A stretch of 20,000 nucleotides of DNA from an uncultured virus (IMG/VR IMGVR_UViG_3300020414_001760) (IMGVR_UViG_3300020414_001760), one strand, 5' to 3'. Counted from the stretch's first letter, positions 9,345 through 17,081 are shown. A program made the numbers and translations. The notes: a model not told the origin generated them from the letters alone.

Positions 9345-10808
9345 TTAACCTAATGCTATGGTATAGATATTAACTAATTCACTCATGTATTCTTCAGTAA
9401 CAGAATCACCTGCACCTGATACGTTAGCCCATTGAGTTCCGTCCCACGTTTCTAGGTATCTTAGTGTGGTATTATAACGTGTCATTCCAAGCTGTCCAAT
9501 GGGTCTGTCAGCAACACCACCTGCTGGTATAACAAATCCACCAGTTCCGCCGAATTGTACAACACCTAAATCACCATTACCAAATGTGGTCATAGTAAAA
9601 TCACCCGATCCTGTGTTTTGAATCAAGTTTCCGTTAATTTTTAAGTCACCTACATTAACAGTTCCTGTACCGTTAGCTGTAAACACAATGTCTTGGTTAG
9701 CCGCCGAACTTGATATGTTTGCATTATCAATGGTAATGTTACCTTGTGAAACTAGTTTGTTTGTTACTAATCCTTGGTCTGTAAGTGTAGTATTTGTTGC
9801 AGAATTTGTAACAAAGCTAAAGCTGTTATCATTGTTTGCTAATACGTAAGTGTTTCTATCTTCACTCCATATACCTCTTAAAGGAGTATATGCAGTTGAA
9901 AATAATTCAAAGAAATTTGTAGTTGTATTATAACGTGCATCTCTATATGAACTAGGTCTTTGTGCTTCTGTACCAGCTGGAACTTTCAAAGCACCTGTGG
10001 CAGTTATACCTACGTCTTCACCTCCTGGTTTTATTTCTAAATCATTTGATCCTGTGGTACTTAAAACGTTTGCACTGAAACGCATATCTTCAATAACAAT
10101 AGCACCAGTACCTGAAGGTCTAATGTACATATTAGCATTGAAAGATTTTGTAGTTATAACGTTAGTATCAATGTTTATATCACCGATATCTGCCATACCA
10201 GAATTAATATCATTCCAACGTTTTGTAGCACTACCTAAATTTAATAAATCTTCTGTTCTGTTTGGAACCAAGTCTTGTGAAAATCTTACAAAGTCAAAAT
10301 CAACTGTGTCGGTTGCTTGATTACCTATGTCAAAGTTACCGCCCACTGTTACGTTACCTGGAATGGTTACGTTTCCTGTTGTGTTAACGTTACCTGTAAC
10401 TTTTGTATTTTTTAAGAAATGTACTTTACCACTTTGGTTAGGATCAAATACAATATCATCATTGTTTTCTCTAGTAGAAATAACGTTTGTGTTAAACCTT
10501 AAGTTTTCTGTGTGTAAAGTTTCTGCATGAATTATTCCAGGAGAATTTAAAATAATATCTCCTACAATAGATCTTACTCCATCGGTGTTAACTTCTAAGT
10601 TACCACCTGTTAAGCGATCGTTATAAATGTTTGGAGTATATATTTGACCAGCAACGTTTAATTCAGCACTAGGACTAGAAGTCTTAATACCAATGCGATC
10701 ATTTAAATGTCCTATGTATAGAAGGTCAGTTTCAACCGCAAGGTTTGCCTGTGTTCTTACTAAATTGGCCGCTAATAATGGACCTGATATACGTGCTACT
10801 TGAGCCAT
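9345..10808 (-). CDS. Tail-fibre-like structural protein (487 aa), paralog of 7727..9202
   Basis: N-terminus MAQVARISGPLLAANL vs MAVGRISGPLLKSNL; same repeat architecture and C-terminal GMTRYNTT..LE.WDGTQW motif; GGAGG SD. Confidence 0.8.
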   Translation of the reverse strand: MAQVARISGPLLAANLVRTQANLAVETDLLYIGHLNDRIGIKTSSPSAELNVAGQIYTPNIYNDRLTGGNLEVNTDGVRSIVGDIILNSPGIIHAETLHTENLRFNTNVISTRENNDDIVFDPNQSGKVHFLKNTKVTGNVNTTGNVTIPGNVTVGGNFDIGNQATDTVDFDFVRFSQDLVPNRTEDLLNLGSATKRWNDINSGMADIGDINIDTNVITTKSFNANMYIRPSGTGAIVIEDMRFSANVLSTTGSNDLEIKPGGEDVGITATGALKVPAGTEAQRPSSYRDARYNTTTNFFELFSTAYTPLRGIWSEDRNTYVLANNDNSFSFVTNSATNTTLTDQGLVTNKLVSQGNITIDNANISSSAANQDIVFTANGTGTVNVGDLKINGNLIQNTGSGDFTMTTFGNGDLGVVQFGGTGGFVIPAGGVADRPIGQLGMTRYNTTLRYLETWDGTQWANVSGAGDSVTEEYMSELVNIYTIALG

Positions 10809-10826
10809 ATGACCCTCCTATAATTA

Positions 10827-10832
10827 TATTTA
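10827..10832 (-). promoter_or_regulatory. T4-type late promoter core
   Basis: GATAAATA in the gap upstream of 9345..10808. Confidence 0.65.
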
Positions 10833-10840
10833 TCGGAAAA

Positions 10841-11053
10841 TTATGTCCAAGGACGACCAGCTTTTAACGTACCTGTTGTAATTTGTTTTAAATTACCTGA
10901 GTCGTTATTACTTGGTGTATATAGTGTAGGCATATTACCTTTTTTAAGTGTAGATCTTTTGCCTGTTGCCGCACGTTTTTCAGCCGCAAGTTTTAACTTT
11001 GCTTCTTGTCTTTGTCTTTTATATTGTTTGTGTGATATACCGTTAGCGGACAT
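10841..11053 (-). CDS. Small basic hypothetical protein (70 aa)
   Basis: K/R-rich ORF with a TAATG overlap with the upstream gene; fills the gap exactly. Confidence 0.75.
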   Translation of the reverse strand: MSANGISHKQYKRQRQEAKLKLAAEKRAATGKRSTLKKGNMPTLYTPSNNDSGNLKQITTGTLKAGRPWT

Positions 11054-11556
11054 TACTTGTCAAAGTTGTGTAGAACTGTAACTGGTTTTCCTGTAGGTAC
11101 TGCTGTACCAAATACTACATACCAACCTGCCGCATAACCACCTGGGTTTTGTTCTAGAGTATAGTTTGTTGTTGGAAGTTGAAATACGTTTTCAACAAGT
11201 ACGATTAAATTTTGTGCCGCCGCCGGAGCAGGGTTATAAGTGTCGCCATTGTTTAATGGACCAAATTTAGTTTCAACGTCATTACCGTTACCTAAACTTT
11301 GCATAACAATAGTTGCTGGTTCAAATCTTCTAATAGGTGCCCAGCTACCAGCTTGATAATTTTCAAACACATTTGTATCTGTGTTATATCTCATATGACC
11401 ATTAGCGGGTGTAGTAATCTTGTCAGCATTTGTTCCTTTAGGAACCATCATCATGTCCCTGCTGTCAAGTACAATCTGTCCGTTAATATCTCTACGGATA
11501 TCATCTTGTCCGTAAAGACCACGAGCATTTGTTGATTGTCTACGTAGGAATCTCAT
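11053..11556 (-). CDS. Virion structural protein (167 aa) carrying the VPKGT...GHMRYNTD...FE.Y..G.W motif
   Basis: Motif shared with the two fibre-like paralogs; GAGG SD upstream. Confidence 0.75.
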   Translation of the reverse strand: MRFLRRQSTNARGLYGQDDIRRDINGQIVLDSRDMMMVPKGTNADKITTPANGHMRYNTDTNVFENYQAGSWAPIRRFEPATIVMQSLGNGNDVETKFGPLNNGDTYNPAPAAAQNLIVLVENVFQLPTTNYTLEQNPGGYAAGWYVVFGTAVPTGKPVTVLHNFDK

Positions 11557-11558
11557 AA

Positions 11559-11891
11559 TTATACCTCTAAATAACTAACAGTTATGCTTAGATTCAACGG
11601 TGCTTGACTTAATACAGTTACTTTGTCTCCAGCTTCTAAGATAACTTTTTCAGTATCAAATGTAAATGTTTCTCCACCTGGTACTGGCATTTCCTTTACA
11701 ACCATGTTAGTGTTGGACTTTGCTTGTCCACTCTTTACAAAGTGTAAATCAAATGACGTATCGTTAGTTCCGGCGCTGTTGTATCCTGCATGGTTACAAA
11801 CCATAACAGTAGTAATTGCATAAGACGTACTAGCCGGTACTGTTAGTACCACTGTGTCCGTATTTCCTATTGCCGCTTGTGCTATTGCCAT
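11559..11891 (-). CDS. Small beta-rich virion protein (110 aa), paralog of 7394..7723
   Basis: Intact ORF with AAGGA SD; same sequence pattern as 7394..7723. Confidence 0.8.
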   Translation of the reverse strand: MAIAQAAIGNTDTVVLTVPASTSYAITTVMVCNHAGYNSAGTNDTSFDLHFVKSGQAKSNTNMVVKEMPVPGGETFTFDTEKVILEAGDKVTVLSQAPLNLSITVSYLEV

Positions 11892-11900
11892 TTTCTATCC

Positions 11901-12872
11901 TTAAAAAATCATGCTTAAAAGCAATGATCTGTTTTTACTAATTAATTCGTCTCTTACATTATTACTATTTACATAATATAAGCCTGTTTTACCTACTCCT
12001 TGAGTTTTGCTGTAAATCTTTAAACCGTCTGTTGGTTGTGCTGGATCTACTGCATTGTCGTCTGGACTAGGTGTTGATAAAATCTGTAATTGATCGTCAA
12101 CAACTACTGATCCTGTGCCTGGTGCTGATAATACTAAATCACTTCCAGAAGTTGTTGTACTAATAGTAGTGCCATCAATTCTTATGTCGTGTAGTTCTGT
12201 TCTGTTGTTGTAAAAGTTTACAGTATTATTACCTTCAACTGTAATTGCCGCAACACTTTGTTGTCCTGAAACTTCAAAGTCACTAACAACTACCTGTGTA
12301 AAACTTACAGTACCTTCTCTAATCTTTTGAAAGTCTGCACCCGCAACCTGAGCCGCGATAGCAACGTCAACATATTTCTTGTTTGGAATATGATCGTCAT
12401 CTGTAATTTGATTTTCGTATTGGTTAGTTCCACTTACACTAATAACACCTGTTCCAGCATTAATTAAGTATAAGTCTCCGCCACCTGTTGCAATACTTCT
12501 AACTTCTAATCCAATGTTTCCGCCGTTAGTATCTCTTAACTTAAACGCACCTGTTTTTATTGTTTGTGTAACTGGATCATTCCAACTTACACTTTCATCA
12601 AAAACAAATTGTGTATCTACTAAACTACCTCTGTCAACTTGAATACCAGCAGTACCAAGTGTAACACCTGCACCCTGTTCTCCTGAGTTAACTTGAATAA
12701 TATTATCTTTTAGATTTAAGTCTGTTGCATCAACTTGCGTTGTAGTACCTTTGACAACAAGGTTACCGGTCATATAAACTTGACCAATCTGATTACCTGT
12801 GTCCAGATAAATTGTACCTGAATCTGCTGTCTTTATTCTATAATCGCCGTCTGTTACTACATTCTTTGCCAT
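11901..12872 (-). CDS. Virion structural/fibre-like protein (323 aa)
   Basis: G/T/V-rich. Contains GNLVVKGTTTQVD...DNIIQVN, IPNKKYVD and one copy of the IDGTTISTT..SDLVLSAPGTGSV repeat seen in the fibre-like paralogs. Confidence 0.75.
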   Translation of the reverse strand: MAKNVVTDGDYRIKTADSGTIYLDTGNQIGQVYMTGNLVVKGTTTQVDATDLNLKDNIIQVNSGEQGAGVTLGTAGIQVDRGSLVDTQFVFDESVSWNDPVTQTIKTGAFKLRDTNGGNIGLEVRSIATGGGDLYLINAGTGVISVSGTNQYENQITDDDHIPNKKYVDVAIAAQVAGADFQKIREGTVSFTQVVVSDFEVSGQQSVAAITVEGNNTVNFYNNRTELHDIRIDGTTISTTTSGSDLVLSAPGTGSVVVDDQLQILSTPSPDDNAVDPAQPTDGLKIYSKTQGVGKTGLYYVNSNNVRDELISKNRSLLLSMIF

Positions 12873-12890
12873 CTAAATTTCCTTAAACTG

Positions 12891-12914
12891 TTGTGGGGAC
12901 CAAAGCCCCCACAA
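12891..12914 (-). terminator. Strong intergenic hairpin (weak terminator or mRNA-stability/processing element)
   Basis: TTGTGGGGGC-TTTG-GTCCCCACAA just after the 12924..13370 stop; poor U-tract (CAGTTT). Confidence 0.5.
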
Positions 12915-12923
12915 ACAAATTAA

Positions 12924-13370
12924 TTACGCATTCGCGAAATCGTCGTCGTCAGTACCTGATAATGTGTTATCATCACCTGCTTCTTCAATCTGCGCCGCAC
13001 CATCTGAACCAGATGCTGTAAATGTCCAAGACAATGATGTTCCTGATAGTGCATTTGAACCTGTACCATCTGGTGCAATCACTGTAGCTTTTCTACCTGC
13101 GATTTTAGAAATCTGATAAGTTTCGTTATCGTCACCTTTTACTGTAATGGCCATTTCACCTGCCGCTAAAGCACTTGCAAGTTTACCTGTTGTTAGTGTA
13201 CAAGTAAATTCACCTGCTGTTCCGATTTCTTCACAAACGAATTTTTTTGAACCCTTTTGCTTTACGATATAACCTTCTTTAACTGCTGTGCCGTTATGAA
13301 AGTCTACTTTGATTTCATTTCCACCTGCTGTAGGTGTACCGAAAAATCTCTTATTAATTGGTCTTCCCAT
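12924..13370 (-). CDS. Hypothetical late protein (148 aa), probably structural
   Basis: AAGGAGA SD, its own late promoter and leader, a downstream hairpin and an acidic C-terminus. Confidence 0.8.
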   Translation of the reverse strand: MGRPINKRFFGTPTAGGNEIKVDFHNGTAVKEGYIVKQKGSKKFVCEEIGTAGEFTCTLTTGKLASALAAGEMAITVKGDDNETYQISKIAGRKATVIAPDGTGSNALSGTSLSWTFTASGSDGAAQIEEAGDDNTLSGTDDDDFANA

Positions 13371-13394
13371 TTGTTTTCTCCTTTGACGTTCTAG

Positions 13395-13450
13395 GTCTAC
13401 GGGGTTGTTGTCCCCATAAGTCCGCCGTAAATGCGGCTCGCTTTATAGAC
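13395..13450 (-). ncRNA. Putative structured 5' leader of 12924..13370
   Basis: GTCTA.../...TAGAC closing stem, AAG-CGA-GCCG(CATTTA)CGGC-GGA-CTT arm and ATGGGG(ACAACAA)CCCCGT hairpin; begins at the predicted late +1. Confidence 0.55.
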
Positions 13451-13455
13451 ACAAG

Positions 13456-13461
13456 TATTTA
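13456..13461 (-). promoter_or_regulatory. T4-type late promoter core
   Basis: GATAAATACTTGT. Confidence 0.75.
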
Positions 13462-13490
13462 TCAAAGTTTAGGGAATGGGTAAAGGAAAG

Positions 13491-13708
13491 TATAAGCAAA
13501 ATAGGTAGGACTTGGTTACACCTACAAGCACGTACCGGAATACCATTCTAATACGTACAACCTAACCCCGCTAGTGACTGCGATGTGAACCTGCGGATTT
13601 CTCCTACAAGCCCTGGGTACCACCCCTGGTTAGTCAAGTTCGCCCCTTCTGGTAAAGAGCTCTTCCTTGCACTATAATAAGAAGTTAATTACTCTCCTTA
13701 TGCTTATA
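13491..13708 (-). ncRNA. Large structured ncRNA, manA-motif-like
   Basis: GC-richer non-coding stretch closed by TATAAGCA/TGCTTATA, with at least six hairpins including a GAAA tetraloop and complementary ACCA/TGGT loops. GGGGTGGTACCC and a 3' GTAGGT..ACCAA.TCCTACCT hairpin recall the manA motif (from memory). Confidence 0.65.
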
Positions 13709-13713
13709 ATACT

Positions 13714-13742
13714 AATATAGCACCACTAGTTACAAAAAGCAA
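13714..13742 (-). promoter_or_regulatory. sigma70-type promoter for the ncRNA
   Basis: -35 TTGCTT (13742-13737), 17-bp spacer, extended TGn plus -10 TATATT (13719-13714). The predicted +1 (~13707) coincides with the start of the RNA closing stem. Confidence 0.6.
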
Positions 13743-13773
13743 CCAGAAAATGCAAAAAGGTTTACCAAAATAG

Positions 13774-13971
13774 TTAAATTTTACTATTTTGATGATTAAC
13801 CGATATATGTCCGGCAACAATGCCCGTATTTGGACCTTGTTTGAAACGATATCCAGAAGTCCCGCCACCATTAGTATCAATGGTATTTCTAGATGAAGCT
13901 AAAAGACGCTCTTTGCGTTCTTTCATTTTCTTCTCACGGTACTGTTTATGTAAATGATCGAATCTGTTCAT
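13774..13971 (-). CDS. Small basic protein (65 aa) under glutamine-riboswitch control
   Basis: ATG preceded by a GGGGAGG SD; lies 26 nt downstream of the aptamer. Confidence 0.75.
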   Translation of the reverse strand: MNRFDHLHKQYREKKMKERKERLLASSRNTIDTNGGGTSGYRFKQGPNTGIVAGHISVNHQNSKI

Positions 13972-13997
13972 AACACCCTCCCCTGTTAAAGTTTGAG

Positions 13998-14045
13998 TGC
14001 GTTCCTTCGCATTATGCTACTTCCGTCCTAGATAGGATGAACGAT
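13998..14045 (-). promoter_or_regulatory. Glutamine-I riboswitch (glnA RNA motif) aptamer
   Basis: ATCGTTCATCCTATCTAGGACGGAAGTAGCATAATGCGAAGGAACGCA: P1 CGTTC/GAACG, short P2 TCCT/AGGA, and a GGAAGTA...GAAG E-loop arm capped by GCA(TAA)TGC, matching the glnA three-way junction as I know it. Confidence 0.85.
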
Positions 14046-14055
14046 TGTGTAATAA

Positions 14056-14061
14056 TATTTA
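14056..14061 (-). promoter_or_regulatory. T4-type late promoter core upstream of the riboswitch
   Basis: CTAAATA immediately after the gp23 terminator, about 10 nt before the aptamer. Confidence 0.6.
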
Positions 14062-14064
14062 GTC

Positions 14065-14092
14065 AAAAAGAAAGGCCCCGAAGGGCCTTTCT
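14065..14092 (-). terminator. Rho-independent terminator after the major capsid gene
   Basis: AGAAAGGCCC-TTCG-GGGCCTTTCT followed by TTTT; the cUUCGg tetraloop is typical of T4-like terminators. Confidence 0.9.
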
Positions 14093-14131
14093 AGTACTTC
14101 TTTAGTTACATTAAGTAACTAATCCTATGGA

Positions 14132-15298
14132 TTAGCTAAATGTTACGTTCGAGATAGTAACTGTACCTAAGTAGTCTGCCGCATTACCAAGAGATGATGC
14201 TGTGTTGTTTAACTCAACATAACCGTATCTTGTCATAAAGCTAACTACTGGCTCAAAGCTAGACGGATCTAGTACTACGCCACTTGACATTAAAGGAATG
14301 TAAGGGCAGTAGAACGCAGGTGCGTCTGATTCACTTGAACCTTTGTAACCTACTAATACTGCTGTTGCATCAGTGGCATATGAATCTACATATACTTTCA
14401 TAGCTGAATTCAATGTTCCAACCATTTTAGTATTTGTAGGAGCCTCAAATGCACCTTCAGTTGTTCTTGCGAACGCTGAAGTTGTTGCAGATTGTAGGAT
14501 AGTTAATGCGTGTGGTGATACCACAGCATAGTTACCAGCACCACGTCTAGTTCTCTGTGCGATGTTGTTAGCAACACGGTTGATCATCACAGCCAAAGCC
14601 GCGTGTTCATCACCTACGAATGTTGCAGTACCGCTTACAGCGTTCTGGTCGTATGCTTGTTGGTTTTGCGTTCCAGCTAAAGCTCTTAAAGAAGCTAATA
14701 CTTCTTGATCGATCTCAGCAGTAATTTCTTGGGCTAATGCCGCCATAATTTCTGCTTCAATATCGATGCCTTGCTGTGCTTGAGCATCTTGAGCCGCTTC
14801 AAAAGTCCATCTAGCTGATAGCTTTCTAGTTTTTGCTTCGACTGTTTGCTTTAAGATCTGGATAGATAATCTCTTACCTGCTTGACCTTCAAGTGCCGCT
14901 GTTGCTGAACCTTTCGGTGTAGCGTCAGTGGCGTTACCTGAATATGCCGCCGCGATCTTAAATGGTGATAATGCTTCTTCACCAACTTCGTTACCATCTG
15001 ACGAATCAGCGTAACGTACTCTTAATGTGTGGATTTGACCCACAGGACCTGTCATCGGCTGTACACCAACTAATTCGTTGGCTATTACAGTCGGCATAAC
15101 ACGTCTGATTACTGGTAGGATAACTCTGTTTAGAGTCGCAACATTACCGGCGCTTGTAGAACCAGCTGTAGCAGTCTCATTCAACCACTTGCGTGTGTTT
15201 TCTAGAGTACTTGCCATTACAGCCTTTTTGTTACCATTTAGGCCTTCTAAAAGTGCAGTTTTGGTATCCTGCCAGCGACTTTCTAGTAGTTCTGACAT
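14132..15298 (-). CDS. gp23: Major capsid protein (T4 gp23 family)
   Basis: PVIRRVMPTVIANELVGVQPMTGPVGQIHTLR, VEAKTRKLSARWTFEAAQD, LAQEITAEIDQE, AFYCPYIPL, SFEPVVSFMTRYG; follows gp21 and gp22. Confidence 0.97.
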   Translation of the reverse strand: MSELLESRWQDTKTALLEGLNGNKKAVMASTLENTRKWLNETATAGSTSAGNVATLNRVILPVIRRVMPTVIANELVGVQPMTGPVGQIHTLRVRYADSSDGNEVGEEALSPFKIAAAYSGNATDATPKGSATAALEGQAGKRLSIQILKQTVEAKTRKLSARWTFEAAQDAQAQQGIDIEAEIMAALAQEITAEIDQEVLASLRALAGTQNQQAYDQNAVSGTATFVGDEHAALAVMINRVANNIAQRTRRGAGNYAVVSPHALTILQSATTSAFARTTEGAFEAPTNTKMVGTLNSAMKVYVDSYATDATAVLVGYKGSSESDAPAFYCPYIPLMSSGVVLDPSSFEPVVSFMTRYGYVELNNTASSLGNAADYLGTVTISNVTFS

Positions 15299-15308
15299 TG
15301 TTTTCTCC

Positions 15309-16412
15309 TTATTTCAATCCAGCAAGTTTTTGAATATGAATAATATTATTATTCTCTTCTTGACTTACTCTACTAACGTTAGATTCTTTATTGCCTGTTA
15401 TTTCTTTTGCCTCGGACTCTGTAAGAGTAGCCTTCTTCTTCGCTGGAGTTTTACCGTCAATTACTGCCGGAATATACTTATCAAATGCTTTTCTCAAACC
15501 ATCTGTCTGTACATTTTCCAGTAAGTCTACCATAATCTCACGCTGGTCCTTGCTCAAAGGTCCAGTTAATTCGTGCATTACTTCTTTGCGTTTAGCCGCA
15601 TCAGAAATTTTATTAATTTCTGCGTCTTTACTCTCAACAATTTTCTTAACTTCTTCAACTTCAGCTTTCGCTTCAGCAACTGCTTTGTCTTTAACATCTA
15701 CAACTTTTAACAGTTTAGCTGTCTCAGACTTTTCGTTCAAGTAACTATTTGCATACTCACCTGCGAATGTTTCGAAAATTTTGCGACCAAAATCGTTTCT
15801 ACGTGCTGAATCAATATCTTCTTTAAGTTGAGTAATTTCACTTGTAAGTTTCTTACTAACTCCTTCAGATACAATTTTTGCACTTTTCTCAACAAAAGAC
15901 TTACGTACTTTTGTCAAGTGTTCTTTGGCTTCACGTACTAATCTTACTTTAGTTTCAGCCAAGTCTTTTTTGTCTTCGTGGAACTCTGCAATTTCTTTAG
16001 CAAGAGCTTCTACAACAAAGTCCTCAAGTTTGCCAAATTTCTCTGACATTACTTTTTGGTCTTCATGTAGTTCACCCACTTCCTTTTTCAACTGTTCAAA
16101 TACAAAACCTTTAAGCAGACCTGCGTTTTCACGCATAGCTACAGCATACTTGGCTCTAGCTTCTGCTAAATTTTTTCTGTCTTCAGCGAATTCGGAAATT
16201 TCTTCGTTAAGTTTTTCAGTAACCATAGAGTCAATTGCTTCAACCATAGTTGCTTTATCGTGTTCGTATTTCTTAGCGAACTCTTCACGAAGTTCAGCGG
16301 TTACAGCCAGTTTGTTTTCACTAACTTGCTTGTCCCATGCTTCTTGGATGTCTGCTCTGATTTCTTCTGAAATTGCGTTGTTTTCAAAAAGTGATTTCAG
16401 TGCTTCCAACAT
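15309..16412 (-). CDS. gp22: Prohead core scaffolding protein (gp22-like)
   Basis: E/K-rich coiled-coil protein between the protease and the major capsid gene; AAGGAGA SD. Confidence 0.85.
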   Translation of the reverse strand: MLEALKSLFENNAISEEIRADIQEAWDKQVSENKLAVTAELREEFAKKYEHDKATMVEAIDSMVTEKLNEEISEFAEDRKNLAEARAKYAVAMRENAGLLKGFVFEQLKKEVGELHEDQKVMSEKFGKLEDFVVEALAKEIAEFHEDKKDLAETKVRLVREAKEHLTKVRKSFVEKSAKIVSEGVSKKLTSEITQLKEDIDSARRNDFGRKIFETFAGEYANSYLNEKSETAKLLKVVDVKDKAVAEAKAEVEEVKKIVESKDAEINKISDAAKRKEVMHELTGPLSKDQREIMVDLLENVQTDGLRKAFDKYIPAVIDGKTPAKKKATLTESEAKEITGNKESNVSRVSQEENNNIIHIQKLAGLK

Positions 16413-16425
16413 ATTTTTCTCCTTA

Positions 16426-17058
16426 TTACTGGAGGCCTTTGATGATATTCACCAAAGATTCCTTCAAATACTTTTGTGCCTTATTATCGCCTCGAACTTC
16501 TCGTGCTAATTCTAGTGCCTTGTACCCCCCACGGGCATTTAACAAATGCTCGTATATTGGTGTCGGGTAGGCACCTGGAGCACTGGGTTGAGCGACAACA
16601 TCGACTGTTATAATCTCGTAATCGCTTACTTGACCGGAACCATCTTCCATGACGTTTCCGCTACCACGCGATGAAACACCTAGTTTAACTCCGCTTTCCA
16701 GCATTGTTTTAACTAGTTGCCCCATCGGCGTAGGTAATACCTTAAGTTTCCCGTAACCGTTTGGTCCGTCCATCCACATTTCTGTGATCATGTGCGAAAC
16801 ACGGTCTAAGTTTATGTTAAGTCCTTCTGGATGATCAACTTCGCCGAGAACTGAATATCCTCCCGTAATCTGATCGTTAAGAGTGTTGACAGCCCTACTG
16901 ATCTCAGTAACAGGGTAAACTCGCTGGTTAGCGTTTTTTACGCCGCCTTGGATGCAAATTCCCTTCATGTAAAGGTCTTTTCCACCCTTGTCGTTTTCAG
17001 TAGTCTCAAGGACCAATTTAGCTTGGTCGAATGTCAAATTCTCTCTTAAGTTTATCAC
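16426..17058 (-). CDS. gp21: Prohead core protease (T4 gp21 family), GTG start
   Basis: NANQRVYP, LGEVDHP, GVSSRGSG and TVDVVAQPSAPGAYP motifs. Confidence 0.95.
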   Translation of the reverse strand: MINLRENLTFDQAKLVLETTENDKGGKDLYMKGICIQGGVKNANQRVYPVTEISRAVNTLNDQITGGYSVLGEVDHPEGLNINLDRVSHMITEMWMDGPNGYGKLKVLPTPMGQLVKTMLESGVKLGVSSRGSGNVMEDGSGQVSDYEIITVDVVAQPSAPGAYPTPIYEHLLNARGGYKALELAREVRGDNKAQKYLKESLVNIIKGLQ

Positions 17059-17081
17059 CTAGTTCTCCTTAACAACAACTA

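Noticed and set aside
13640..13700. SD-like TAAGGAG at the 5' end of the manA-like RNA
   Set aside because: No start codon at usable spacing, and the motif is paired in a hairpin.
13491..13708. tRNA, tmRNA or group I intron identity for the structured RNA
   Set aside because: No cloverleaf or TTCG T-loop, no tag ORF, and it does not interrupt a gene.
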